A DNA stretch of 62,048 bases, counting the filler, from Sphacelaria rigidula (Eukaryota): the NCBI GenBank assembly GCA_964200075.2. It is 11 parts of 11 records of this genome, joined end to end, with 100 filler letters (N's around TTAATTAATTAA, not from the genome) between each part and the next. Parts side by side here need not be neighbours in the genome. Positions count along the whole stretch, not along the records: positions 11,301 to 16,850 come from CAXNAA020026407.1; positions 16,951 to 22,500 come from CAXNAA020026408.1; positions 22,601 to 28,150 come from CAXNAA020026409.1; 8 more parts are not named here. One strand, 5' to 3'. The position numbers were made by a program, and so were the translations under genes. Positions 13,497-25,551 of this stretch are shown piece by piece. Numbering within the stretch: position 1 is the stretch's first letter; each line of letters opens with the position of its first letter. The notes under the pieces are model-generated. The model saw nothing but the letters and a program-made list of their open reading frames with translations. It was not told the DNA's origin and searched no databases.

Positions 13497-13814
13497 ATGT
13501 CTGGGGAAGCGGGAAGCAAGAGGTTCATGGCCCCCGAGGTCTGCCGAGGCCTGCCGTACAACGAAAAGGTGGACGTATATTCATTCTCTATCGTTTTGTG
13601 GGAGCTGTGCGCCTTGCAAAAACCGTTTGTGGGTATGAGCGTCGAAGACCATTACCGTGAGGTGACAATGCGAGGGGTCCGCCCCCCCGTGGATCCAAGG
13701 TGGCCAACGCCGCTGACGAATCTTCTCGAAGCTTGTTGGCACCCTGATCCGGACGTGCGTCCATCGATCAACGAGGCTCGAGACCAACTGGCAGAAATAA
13801 TTACAACTTGTTAG
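13497..13814 (+). CDS. Protein kinase (TKL-like), terminal exon with subdomains VIII-XI
   Basis: MSGEAGSKRFMAPEV...YNEKVDVYSFSIVLWE...ACWHPDPDVRPS...TTC*; acceptor aaacag; phase-0 join with 11485-11596. Confidence 0.92.
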   Translation: MSGEAGSKRFMAPEVCRGLPYNEKVDVYSFSIVLWELCALQKPFVGMSVEDHYREVTMRGVRPPVDPRWPTPLTNLLEACWHPDPDVRPSINEARDQLAEIITTC

Positions 13815-14171
13815 TCTTGGTTAAGGTGTAACCCCGAAGGGCAGAGAGAGGAATGATCCTCGTTGTATGTAACCCGCTTGCGATCTGTTCCCCGGGATGC
13901 ATGTGTTTACTCGCACTAGTTTTGAGCCAGAGCGTATGTAGTGCTTCTCTGCGCGTGATTGATGGGGTCAGGCGCCTGCTTACCTGCAGGTGACTGTCTC
14001 GTGCTGTTTTTCCGTGAAGTACTTGTTCGAGGTCATGTGTGCGCGGAGTTTTGTACGGTGTTTTGAAAGCTGAACTGGAAGCAGAAGAAGTATCGAATTT
14101 GATATTCCCTTGTGATTGGTCTGAAATATCTTGGCGGCGCTCTTCTGAAGTTTCTGTTTACTTCGTTTTAA

Positions 14172-14243
<72 letters not shown>
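14172..14243. repeat. (GTT)n microsatellite
   Basis: Direct reading. Confidence 0.95.
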
Positions 14244-16330
14244 AAATTTTGACACCACGATGCACGCGTTGGGTGTGGCTTCAATGGAAGTGGTGAACTA
14301 GCTTCAGCGGAGATTGTTGATGTTTATTCGTCGTCAACTATTGGTGTTGTGTAGTGATGAAAAACATCCCCGAGTGGAGAATAGTGTATACGTGTTCAGC
14401 TCATTGTGATCCATTGTTAATTCTCTTCATGCGTTGTTTTGTAGGTGAAGCGTGGGGAGGTACCTCCGTTTCCGGCGAAAGAGAGTGCTCTCAAGTTACA
14501 TTTTTGATATCATATCCAGACTGCGTGGTGGGTGTCAACGTAGATTCGCTTCGCGTAGAAGCCTTCTCGTTGTGTGAACACGTTCTCGTTGTGTGAACAC
14601 GTCTTGTCTTTTGATGTTTTGTGGTCACCTTTGTATATCCCTGGGTTTTGTTGGTGTAAGCAGGGATGGCCAAAACATTATTTCGGAGTGTTCTCGACGC
14701 TACTATCTTACTAGTTAGACACGAGGACACTTGGCACAGTACCATTTATTCATCGGTCGTCAAGTTGCGGAGGATATGCCTCCAACGGTGATGGGAAAGG
14801 GTCGGTCGCTGGATAACCACGTCTAGAGACGAGTCGGCACATTTTCGAGCAGAAACATCAGTCCTAGCGGCGGCGTAAAACCGAAGACCACATGTGGGTA
14901 TATAGGCCGCAGTTCACGGGCCGCATGTCCCGTAACTGAACTGGCCTTCCTGTACTCGCATACATCACTGCATGGACGGTTATTTGTTATTTGGGACATT
15001 TGGTAAAAAAAAAGTTGAAATATCCGCTCAGTGAAAAAAATGTATGGGGTTCCCTGCATTGGGCATGGCTGGGTAGAAGCGGAATGCAGACCTTGAATGG
15101 ATAGGGTTGCGAGGTGCTCAGGGCTCCGGAGACCACTCATACGTCATGCTAGGACAGACCGTACATCACATGTTTTGTACATGAAGCGAGAAGATTTTTC
15201 TTCCTCGGATGAATCAGTGAGTGCAGGGAACGTTTCACGGTGATGTATTCTTTCCCTAAATGTAGTGTTTTGCGCCGTTTGCAGGTATCGTGAATGTGGC
15301 AGTGGTTGTGTTAGTGGTGGTGATGGTGATGGTGGAATGGTGGTAGTGGAATGGTGGAATGGTGGTAGTGGAATGGTGGCGGTAGCGGTGGCGGTGGCGG
15401 TGTTGATGAAAGTGGTATTCTGCGACCATAAGAGCCGCGTCTGAAGTGTTTTTTGATATATTCGTTTTGTTCATGTTGTGTAGTTGCTCAGGTCTTCTTG
15501 TCATTATTGATCGTGTATTGCGGGACTGTTCGATGAAAGAAACGTGCACCTTTCCTTCTTTGGCCGCCTGTTCACCCCGCCTGCTTTTCTCATATGCATG
15601 TGGATGGTGGAACTGGTACTTGCGGGGCGGCCTCACTGACTTGCATGCTTAGTTCGTCGTCATCATCCAAAAGTATCATCATATGAACTCCTGCTACGCG
15701 GGTCGCTTGATGTCCACAACATAAAGAACGTGGAGATCGAGAATTAACGCTCAGCATAAGACGCAGAAACCAACGCGTCGGTCGATAATTCTCTGTTCTG
15801 ATTGTGTTCTCCGATGGCTGACGGAGATAAACTCTGGTACGCTACTATTACTTCTACCAATACCACCTTCTTACATCGATGATGAAGAATACTATTGAGT
15901 GGATATGATTCACACATACTCACGCACGCAATAATTCCACGAAGCAATAATGCTGATGCACGAGTCAGGCATACACCAAAGAGTTTTTTCATGTATGTAT
16001 TGAATATTTTTGCAACTTAAGCCCGAGGAGACACTAAATAAATCAAGGACGCCTTCTCGAATGTTCATAGTCCTTTTTGCCGGCAGCTCGTGGCGGAGAG
16101 TTTATTTGTGGGCATGTGTTTCATCATAGTTATTGATGAATACTGACTATACCATTATTTATATCTTCCGGCTACCGCGCTACTATCGGCAGGTCCCTCA
16201 CCTTTTTTCAAGTTTGTACATCTTCTGTTGTAATTATTCCTGCCAGCGGTCTGTTGTTCTAACAACCAGGGATATGTGTACGGAGGACAATCCGCTCCGC
16301 GATGCGGGTTGTTCTTTTTGAAAACCTTAC

Positions 16331-16709
16331 GGCGCACACGCGGCCATTTGGCTACCCCCGAGAATCCCTCCACACGAAAATTGATCCCCCTGGAGGAGTC
16401 CATTTTCGACCCCTCCAGAGAGATGAAATACCGCTATCAATAGAGGAGTTATTGACCTCTAGGGGGATTTAATTTTGTGCTGGATCCTCCGAAGTGCACA
16501 TAACCCCTCTAGGGGGGGCTCCATCTCCCCCCCTTTAGAGTGACTTTGTGTGGGCTATTCCTCTATAATAGAGATGTTTAATCCCTGTGGAAAGGTTTAC
16601 TATTCAGTCTCCAGAGGGATAATACGCCTTCAGAGCCTTTTCTCCCTGTGGAGGGGTCAATTTTCGTGTGGAGGGATTTTTGGGACAGTCAAATGGCCGC
16701 GTGTGGGAG
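16331..16709. mobile_element. MITE with ~55-bp TIRs, probable TA TSD
   Basis: cacacgcggccatttg...aatccctccacacgaaaattga pairs with tcaattttcgtgtggagggatt...caaatggccgcgtgtg; TA on both outer sides. Confidence 0.8.
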
Positions 16710-16951
16710 TAGAACGGAGCGGATATCCAAATGTGGGAAGAGTTACGGATTAGGACGGAGCGGATATCCGCGATTAACAGTGTTTTCGTGAGATTGAGAG
16801 TAGATGATACGATTGAGAGTGGCTTTGATCATTCGCTTTAAGTCAGTCCTNNNNNNNNNNNNNNNNNNNNNNNNNNNNNNNNNNNNNNNNNNNNTTAATT
16901 AATTAANNNNNNNNNNNNNNNNNNNNNNNNNNNNNNNNNNNNNNNNNNNNT

Positions 16952-17014
16952 GGATGCGAAGTCAATGATTGTATGACCACGGCATGCAAGGCCGTGGATA
17001 CCCCCCCCCCCCCC
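16952..17014 (+). mobile_element. Non-LTR retrotransposon 3' end fragment ending in poly(C)
   Basis: ggatgcgaagtcaatgattgtatgaccacggcatgcaag...(C)14, homologous to the 22313-22432 copy. Confidence 0.6.
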
Positions 17015-17182
17015 TTAGGGAAGTGGGTGGTTTGAGGAGGCAAAATCTGCACGCAGGTCAAAATGATGAAAACCGAGTAGACCGAGCAGGTGGGGCTCCC
17101 TCTTGGGGTCATTTTCGCCAATATCGCCCATATGAGGCGCTTCATACAGTCTGAGAGTAGCTACCATGCTCTCTATGCCCAC
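17015..17182 (+). repeat. Dispersed repeat family A (other copies ~33450-33620, ~38410-38496, ~56559-56750 reverse)
   Basis: Shared core tttcgccaat(a/g)tcgcccatat.aggcgcttcat.cagt.tgaga...tatg.ccac; three copies begin at a C homopolymer. Confidence 0.8.
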
Positions 17183-17249
17183 GAGCTATTCTCTCGCGTT
17201 CAAGTTTCGACACACGGCAAACTCTCCGTGGAAAATACGTACCCGTCAG

Positions 17250-17405
17250 GCTTTGATGAAATGCCCGGCCGCATCGGCGGGATTGTTCGAGCGCTTGGAT
17301 CTTGCGGATAACACCCTCGGCGAGGAAGGTGGCGCTATGCTTGCCCGGGCTTTGGCGAAGCAGCCGCAGTTGACGTACGTGAACCTGAGGGACTGCATGC
17401 TAGAG
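17250..17405 (+). CDS. RANGAP1: Ran GTPase-activating protein, LRR exon
   Basis: ALMKCPAASAGLFERLDLADNTLGEEGGAMLARALAKQPQLTYVNLRDCMLE; cag| ... |gtgtgt; 156 nt, phase 0. Confidence 0.8.
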
Positions 17406-17454
17406 GTGTGTGAGGAGGGGTAGAAGGTGTTTGTGTGTGTGTGGTGGGAAAGGG

Positions 17455-17565
17455 AGAGGGGCGTGCTCATTTGTTGCTTGCCTTCGCATATGTGACCATT
17501 GACCACGCATCCCTCTCGAGACGAAGCGCCATACCTCCAGCATTGGGGTGCTCATAATGTTTTCC
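17455..17565 (-). mobile_element. LINE ORF2 3' end fragment, C-rich terminus
   Basis: Reverse complement reads cgtctcgagagggatgcgtggtcaatggtcacatatgcgaaggcaagcaacaaatgagcacgcccctctccc, homologous to 27843-27906. Confidence 0.8.
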
Positions 17566-17860
17566 CCTCATTTTGCACAAAAACTTGTTGCATCACTTTT
17601 GTGGCGGGGAGGGTGGAGGGCTTGAAAACGAGAGCAATTCACGAATGACACTTTTTGAGATATGTTCACCATGAGGGCTCCGTATGGTGTACGTATCGTC
17701 ACGCAGTCGGTTTGCTTTCAATATCTCACATGTTCCTGTTCACTCGCATAAAAATACGGCAAGTCCCGGCGTGCATTCTTCCTCACTTGTAATTTTTTTC
17801 GCTTTTTGGGGGGAAGGGGGGGGGGGGGGTTCAAATAGGGTCCTTCCATATGCCTCAAGT

Positions 17861-18305
17861 GATTTGATCGATTAATTAAATAATTGATGGATTGTCGCAC
17901 ACTAGCTGACCCATAAGGGACCCAGTGGTTGCAATACATGGATGAATTCACCGCACACACGTCGTCAGCCGGAATCAGTGCGGAGATGTTTTTTCTTCCG
18001 TCCTTTTTTTTTTTCCTCTCACTTTGAACCCCTCCCCTTCTTCGGGATAAGCCCGTAGTCTCAAGGGGTCGACCCATCTCTCCCCCGGTACGTGCCTTTC
18101 CTTCTGGTCTCGCGGATGGGATCAGCACTCCCACACCGCGTCAACTCACGTCACATAGACCCATTCGACTACTTTGTCTACTCACGTTCTCACGCTTTCC
18201 AGGGTGGAAATCATACACTACGAAGAAAAAACCCAACGCATCGGGAATCGAACCCGCGTTCCCTCCACCCTAATGGCGACAGTCGAACCATTACACCACC
18301 GGGGC
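17861..18305 (-). mobile_element. tRNA-derived SINE in a RanGAP intron
   Basis: 5' head GCCCCGGTGGTGTAATGG (A box) ... GGTTCGATTCC (B box), no intact cloverleaf; 3' end accactgggtcccttatgggtcagctagtgtgcgac followed by an AATC-like tail, resembling 10670-10735 and 22601-22681. Confidence 0.7.
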
Positions 18306-20128
18306 GCCATTGGAGCTTGCCAACCTTCCCGCCCCCCGCAAGAAGGAAATGAGAAGGGAAAAAAAAATTGCCGCAAGCGTTCGGCATGAGAAGAGCCGAA
18401 TTTGACTTCGAAAATCCGTGGAAAAGATGTGTCGTAGATCTGCGCCATTTCCTCGCCTGGCACCAAGACTTCGTGATGCCGAGGAGACTAATGCAGTAAT
18501 CCAACATATCCAGTAGGGTTCGACGTAAAAGTGGAAACGATGAATACGGATCGGTGCGTGCATCCGTGCGTGCGCGCGCGAAATCGGCGAAGATTTTCAT
18601 TTGAAGTCAGTCGAAGAATACGGTATGTACTCCGAGTATACTGTAAACTTGATCTTGTTGAAACCGTTGATGAAAAAATGACAATTTACAAGTGACTTTT
18701 CTTGGGCAAGACACGGTTGTTTTTTCTCCAAGTGTAGGTGATGTAGCCCACCAGAACGGTGCACTACTCCACGTCCAAGTATCCCAATGTAACAGATTCG
18801 TGCACCGAACTCGATTTGACGTTTCCCCGGTGACAAAAGCTCGCATACGCGGAGTTGTGAACTGGTTTGGCTAACCAATCGAGTGGCTTGGAAAAAGTTA
18901 CAACCAGTTACGGTTATCAGTCGAAATTGGATAACTGCAGGCGAAGCCGCCCCGCGACTCCGCCAGCGTTGCTTGGCAAGGCAACGTAGCGAAGCCGCGT
19001 AAACGTCCCGTCCCTCCCCCCCCCCATCCCCCCGGGCTGGTGAGAGGGCTTCGCCGGAGCCAAGAACATTACACCACTTGCCTTCACATCTCTTGAAAAT
19101 CGCGTTGAATTCTAGCCGCCTAGCGCCAGCAATTCGAGCACGTAATCGGTGCAAAATAACATGTATCCATGGGGGGAGGGAAAATATCACCCAACTTTGC
19201 GACGTGAATCCAAAAATAAAAGCGGTGAGAGAGTAGTGCAGCATACAGAGCGTTCCACGTGTACCATCCAAGCGCCAGGAACTTCTTATAGCACGACAAC
19301 TTGGTAACGTTATTGAATGTAACTTCATCAGCCAGGCAAATTCAACATAAATATCTCGACCGTCCCTGGTGCTTCGGTATGACACTGACCAGCCACCACT
19401 GAACGAACGCTCAACGCGTGATGCCGACAGAATAGAGCAACGCACAAACAGCAACACTGTGAAAGGCAGTCTTGCTTCACATTCCAGATTCGCTCCATCA
19501 AGTACTGTCCGTGCCCAATCTGTATTTTTTCATCGATGTTTTATCATAAAATACTGTCTGCGATATTCGCGTCTACGTCTAGGTGTGTGCGCTGTGCCGT
19601 CATGTACTCGCCTCTCTCAAACAGTGCCTCCACCGTCTTTGTAGTACGGCAAAACTTCAGAATTGTTGACTTGAGTATGACACATCTGTACACATAGCAC
19701 TTTGAAGTATGACACATGTGTCGGGTGAAATAACTGATTCAGCTGGTTGCAAAATCGATCAGTTAAACTGGCAGCCAGTTCACAACTCTACGCGCGTGGG
19801 AGTTTGTACTGCTTCTCGAGAGTTCCAAAAGGGTTGAATCCCAAGTGGTTGTTTGTAACCGTTGTCACATTTAAAACTAGTTTCGAGGACGTCGAATCAA
19901 TGGTGCATGTGTTACGGAACTGAAGTTTTAATTTTTTTTTCATTCACTTAGTTATACAAATATCCCAGTATCGCCCCCCTGGAGGTGGAGTTGTATCTGA
20001 CTGTTTCACCATCAGCTATAGTCACATACGCCGTGCAAGAAAACAAGAAATACGGAACCCAACCAAAAAACAATTCAAAACAACAGCAAGCAACGCGTAG
20101 CAGAAAACAACATCGTGTCCTGCTCCCT

Positions 20129-20169
<41 letters not shown>

Positions 20170-20214
20170 GTATGTTATGTTGTAATCTATTGTGCATGTT
20201 TTTTTTTTTTACAG

Positions 20215-20403
20215 GATGACGGCGCGGCAGCAATAGCAGAAGCCCTCAGCAAAACCGCGCCGAATCTACGAGCCCTCGATTTTTCCGGGAATGAAATTAC
20301 CGCGGGGGGTGCGGCGGCCGTCGCTACTTGTGCAACTGGGAAGACAAGTTTGGAATATCTCGGACTGGAGGAAAACTCGATTGGCTCGTCTGGCGCAAAA
20401 GCG
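20215..20403 (+). CDS. RANGAP1: Ran GTPase-activating protein, LRR exon (missed by the ORF track)
   Basis: ttttacag|DDGAAAIAEALSKTAPNLRALDFSGNEITAGGAAAVATCATGKTSLEYLGLEENSIGSSGAKA|gtatga; 189 nt, phase 0; follows the RanGAP pattern LEDEGAxAIxxAL...LxxxGNxIT. Confidence 0.85.
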
Positions 20404-21153
20404 GTATGATAACAACATGCACACAGGCCATTTCCTTTTCATGTACTTCTGTGACGGTCACTACTACTTTCTTTGTGTATGTAACGTGCAGTATAGTAAG
20501 ACTAATAGTAGTGAGTCGCTTTTTTGAGGTGAGTCCGTAGATGTTGCGAATTCGCAAAGAGCATTTGCTTGCGTCTAGACTTGAATTTCTCACGAGCAAG
20601 GCTAGACTTCACTTTTTTTTTGCGAATACGCTTGCTGTAGATGTAAATATCACAACAAGCTCTCCTCATGTCATTTCCCTTCCTTTTTTCGTTGTTCACA
20701 GGAGATGGGTAAGAATCCGTGCCGTGTGCACTCTGCTATATTTTTTCTAGTTTCGTATCGCGCGTTTGATCGCCGAGGCGGTTGCGTTCCACTTTCCCAT
20801 CCTTCCGTCCCGGGATGTGCCCTCTAAGCGTATCCGTCGTAAGTGCTGGTTTGGTGTAGGGGTGGGCACTAAGGCCAAGCGTACTCGTTCCCTGCCTAGA
20901 TAGTCTCAGGAGTCTCACCGAGGGACCCTCCCACACCTTGCATCGTCGAAAAGTGTATACTGCGTACAGTATATCGACAACTCCGTATGTTGCAATAGAC
21001 GGTAAATTCCATTCTGCACGCAGTACATTTTTTTTTACACGGTGATCTTTTGTTCAGGGTGTGAGATTTACCTTCCCCCTCAACGCCTGCAGCTCGACTC
21101 TGTATGAGCCATCCCCCATCCGAACACATCACGGCGCTTCGCGCTTGGTGATC

Positions 21154-21275
21154 GAGTGCGAGCCTGGTCCGGCGAAAACCTGGCTTCTCCGTCCCGGTTT
21201 TGTACGTATAGATCCAGTCCGATGGCCTTCATGGCTACGGCATGCAGGATCATGAGCATGTGCACTGCCTCCCCC
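21154..21275 (+). mobile_element. Non-LTR retrotransposon 3' end fragment
   Basis: gagtgcgagcctggtccggcgaaa...ctccgtccc...ggcatgcaggatcatgag...cctccccc. Confidence 0.7.
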
Positions 21276-21547
21276 TGGAAAAAATACATTTCGTCGCAAC
21301 GATAGTAAGTTCGTGATTCTCGTTGAGTACGACTATGGTACATATCATGAAGGTTTGTTTATTCTAGTTTTTGCAGTGCGACCTGCACGAGGCACGAGGC
21401 AGGCTCTTGTCTTGTGGAAGCGCACGCCTTCATATGTATATATATATATATTCATCTTACAAAATTGTGACCCTTCACCTCGGGTGCGCTTTCGTTCGTA
21501 TAGTCGTGAACTGTGTTGTTTTGTTCCAACAGAAACCGACAGAAACA

Positions 21548-21578
<31 letters not shown>

Positions 21579-21617
21579 GCGCGCGCGCGCCCGCGTGCGT
21601 GCGTGTACACACAACAG

Positions 21618-21737
21618 GTGGCCAAGGCTTTGTCAACCACGCCCGCCATACGAAAGGTACAGCTCAACCAAAACGAGATCGGAACGTCGGGGGCACTTGC
21701 CGTGGCTTTGAGTCTCCAGGGGGTGAAGGATTTGGAG
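21618..21737 (+). CDS. RANGAP1: Ran GTPase-activating protein, LRR exon
   Basis: acaacag|VAKALSTTPAIRKVQLNQNEIGTSGALAVALSLQGVKDLE|gtgggt; 120 nt, phase 0. Confidence 0.8.
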
Positions 21738-22312
21738 GTGGGTCGGTAGGCTGAGGCTGCTTGTTCAACAGCAGTGTTATCGACTTTTCCATGCCATGTC
21801 TTTTTCTCTTTCTTTCTTTCTTTCTTTACTCATTTCAAGAGATATACTCATGATGATGCCCTGCAGCGGTCACCAATAACTATAGCCAATTTCATTCAAG
21901 ATACATCTTTAATAATATCCTACCGTGGTGGGTATCAAGAACTATGACCAAATTTTGTCAAAGATATCCGAAGTCCTCTCTCAATCCAGTTTTGACTTTT
22001 TTTTCTTCTTTTTGCGCTCAGCCCCTGTAATATCTCCGATTATTTGGGCTAAGCTACTGCAGCCACGATGTTTTTTGTGCAATCTAACCCTGCGTCCCTA
22101 AATTCTCGACTCCGTGGCAGCCTGTTTGTTGTGCGGAGTACTGGTGTTATGGGGGGTGGGGGGTGCGGGGGAGGTCTTCAGGTAGACACCCTTAAGTGCT
22201 CAATATTTTGGCAGTCATTATCCACGGTCGGTACTCCGAATACTACGCGCCCGATGTCAACCCTCGTCATCACCCTCCACGTCCCCCCTCGTGCCCCCCC
22301 CCCCTCTAACAC

Positions 22313-22432
22313 GAGTGCGAGCCTGGTCCGGTGAAAGCCCTGCGTGCTCCGTCCAGGCTTTGTAGGCATGCGAGGTCAATGGTCCCATGATTATGGCATG
22401 CAAGATCATGAGTAACCCCCCCCCCCCTCCCC
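22313..22432 (+). mobile_element. Non-LTR retrotransposon 3' end fragment with C tracts on both sides
   Basis: gagtgcgagcctggtccggtgaaa...gtgctccgtcc...atgcgaggtcaatggtcccatgattatggcatgcaagatcatgagtaa(C)n; C run also immediately upstream. Confidence 0.8.
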
Positions 22433-22600
22433 ACACACACACACAGTCCAGCAGATGCCGGGGCTCTTTTACCGCCGTCAAAGGTCCGTTCGGCAAGGCG
22501 NNNNNNNNNNNNNNNNNNNNNNNNNNNNNNNNNNNNNNNNNNNNTTAATTAATTAANNNNNNNNNNNNNNNNNNNNNNNNNNNNNNNNNNNNNNNNNNNN

Positions 22601-22643
22601 TCCTGACCACGGGCTGGATTGTTGCAATCAGCTAATGTGAGAT

Positions 22644-22681
<38 letters not shown>
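22601..22681 (+). mobile_element. Retroposon 3' end with (AATC)n tail
   Basis: gaccacgggctggatt...aatcagctaatgtgagat followed by about nine AATC units. Confidence 0.65.
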
Positions 22682-25483
22682 CCATTTTGCCGAATCATAG
22701 GGTTAGGTCGGGGACGGGGGGGGGGTTGGGGGTATGTGTTCCTTAAACAAACAGACTTTCAAGTCTCCCTATTTAGTCTGTATTGGGCGCGCCAGTTGAC
22801 GAGCGATTCTACGAGCGAGCAAGACCTTGTTGGAAATCGCGGAATAATTTTCAAAAGTCCCCAGGAAGTGGGGGGAGGGCGGGTGTACTCACGATCATGC
22901 ATGCCATAGTCATCAGACCATAGACAGGAAGTGGGGGGGGGGGAACTTCTTGGAAGCAAGATACGCTGTTTTTTTTCCTTCTTTCAGTCATTTCTTATGT
23001 CGAGCGAACTCAACCGTTCCTTTTGCGAACCGTCTCTTTCTATTCTTCATCTTTGTGTGCATCACACCTGGACGACCCGAACCCCCCCCCCCTCCCCTCC
23101 TCATCCGCATCGCCCTTTGTTTCCCTGCCTTGCTGTTGTGCATTCGTGTGCGTTTATGTACTTGTTATTCCGCTGACATCCTGTTTCCACGTTGCGGGAT
23201 ATTTCTGCTGCGCCTCGCGGGGTGGTTCGTGAATTGTTGCGGCAATTCTACCTCTCTCCGGGTGGTCATTCGATCAATCGGGGCAATGCGGAAAATTACA
23301 GAACTACGGCGACGCGCCTCCGGCGTACACGTGATCGTTTTTGTGTTTTGGAAGTCAGTGCGTGCTCCCCTCTCCTGTTGCCTTTTACACCACATTACAA
23401 TGTCACATTTTTGTCTCGTTGAAAACTGTATTTATTATTGCCGGTCACCGATTTCCTGTGAAATGAGCTTCTTGCATTGGTGAACGCTCCGTGTGATGTT
23501 GTTTCTCTGGTAAAATATATATATCTATATATCGAATAGGGGATGGCGAGATTTGGAGGTTTGAAAAGATCCTGTATGTTCAAGCTTAGCGGTAGAGAGA
23601 TGGGGCGGACAAGTTGAGATATACCTTCCGCGGGTTGTCGACGCTCGTGTCCTTGAAGGACTCTAAGGACAAGGCCTCGTGATTGGTGGGGTGCGTGTAT
23701 TTCCAAACACGCCAACGGACCATGTTCGTTGGTTGGTTTTATTCTTTATCCTTCACTCGAAGGATGCTTGTATTTGGATAACGTGCTGAATTTGGCCCGT
23801 CCATTGGAAGTTGGAGATATATCATGCAGGGCACACCGTTTTATACTCTTGTATAGCGTTGCGGCGTTTGGCCATTTTTGCGCTACATACACGCATGTTG
23901 TCTCGACCGCACTGTTTTCATTGTCGGTAATGCCGTAGAGTACATCCGCAGCACTCCCTGGGAGCGCGATAAGTATTCTAGCGGCGATTCCGACCAATGA
24001 TGGTGAAGCTGGCCATAAAACGCTCTCGCGAAAGTTCTATATATCTCGATTGGCCCACTGTTTGTGTGCTTGTCCACGCGTACCCCAAGGGTTTTGTCGA
24101 ATGAACCGTGGTTGCACACCAGTGATGACCCCCGGGGCATTCTGGACGTGCTCTACCGGTAGTTTTCCAGGTTTTGCCTCAGCTGCATAACAGAAATATC
24201 CCAAGCTAAAAAATAATCTGAGCAGTGCTTTCGCTGGTTTGTAATATTTTGTTCTCACAGCATCTGTGTTGGATCATTCCGCGCAATAAGCACGTTTTAG
24301 GCGAGTAGGAGCGGGAGGGGGGTGCGGTGCGGAAGGTATGAGTAAAGGTCGGCGGTTGGGGTGTTTCACATGCCGTTAGCCGTCAATACCATCGACTTCG
24401 CATCCCTCAAGAGGCAGGACCATTTTTGTCAGTAGAGCGATCGACATTAGCCACCCACTATTTCTTGTTTTGCCAAGGCCACCAAGTATAAAATACGTGT
24501 TTCTTAATTCCTGTATACTATTACCACAACCCTGGGGTTGGTGAGAGGAAGGGTGGGAGTTCGGGTGCGTCGAGATGGATAGGTTCACGACGCGGGGGCG
24601 GCGAAGGGGGGAGGGGAGGGGGTACTACTTACGATCACACACGCGGTTGCCGTTTTACCGTTGGCCCCGATTCCCTGCAATCAGTGCTGGGAAGTGTCGA
24701 TTCGCTGGATTTTGGCCGTCCTAGAAAGGACTGATACGGGTCGGATCAGGGACTCACAGGTTGAATCAGCAGCATACCGTCCTGTTCGTTAATTTCACTC
24801 CACCACCATGTCGCGTCGTGGGTGCTGGGGACATACATGGTGAGTTAAACTAAGCAAGGGGGGTGCTCTTTCTCATCTCTTAGCGCCAGACCGTTGGCGA
24901 CGTGTCCTCGAGGAGATGGACGGGGCGGATTTGAGGGCGTGCCATGCAGACTAGATCACTGATCTGCTTGCATACCGGCGTTCAACCGGCCGTGGGGGGT
25001 GTGGGTTAGAATCCAGAGAGATGGTGTTTGCCATTTACCGACCCTTGTGAACAACCGCAAATGATGTGAAAAACAAGTGCCTTTGGTTCAACACTACAGT
25101 TGAGTCAGCGGTTGGAAACCACGGATGCAGGGTATGTTGTCAATGTAGGTCGTTTTCGCGGAGAAGAGCTACTCGGCTGTGTAATCGGCATCATCGGCGT
25201 TCAAGGTCGATTGGCGATCGTGTTACGTCATGAGGGCTCCCGAGTAGGGGATCAAGGGGTTGGGGGGAATGGTATCGATTCAAAGGTCTCGTCATCGTCA
25301 TGTGTTGTGTTGTGTGCACTCCAATTATATTTTTTCAAGCTTTTTTGTCTGCCCGGCTTGTCTGCGTTTATTACAGTAGGTACCCACTCGGGGGTTGATA
25401 TACGGTCGGAAAGTTCAGCGTTTAGTAGAAACACGTTCGCAACGGAGATGGTCATGCGTTGAGATGTTGGCAGTCGCGGGTAG

Positions 25484-25551
25484 AAGGGGCGTACTCATTT
25501 GTTGCTTGCCTTAGTCGTTTGACCATTGACCACGCATCCCTTTCGAGACGG
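25484..25551 (-). mobile_element. LINE ORF2 3' end fragment
   Basis: Reverse complement ccgtctcgaaagggatgcgtggtcaatggtcaaacgactaaggcaagcaacaaatgagtacgcccc. Confidence 0.85.

Noticed and set aside
18230..18305. tRNA gene
   Set aside because: A and B boxes are present, but the acceptor and anticodon stems do not pair convincingly; better explained as a SINE head.
18597..19457. 286-aa minus-strand ORF
   Set aside because: Lies inside a RanGAP intron, has no recognisable motif and a random-like composition.
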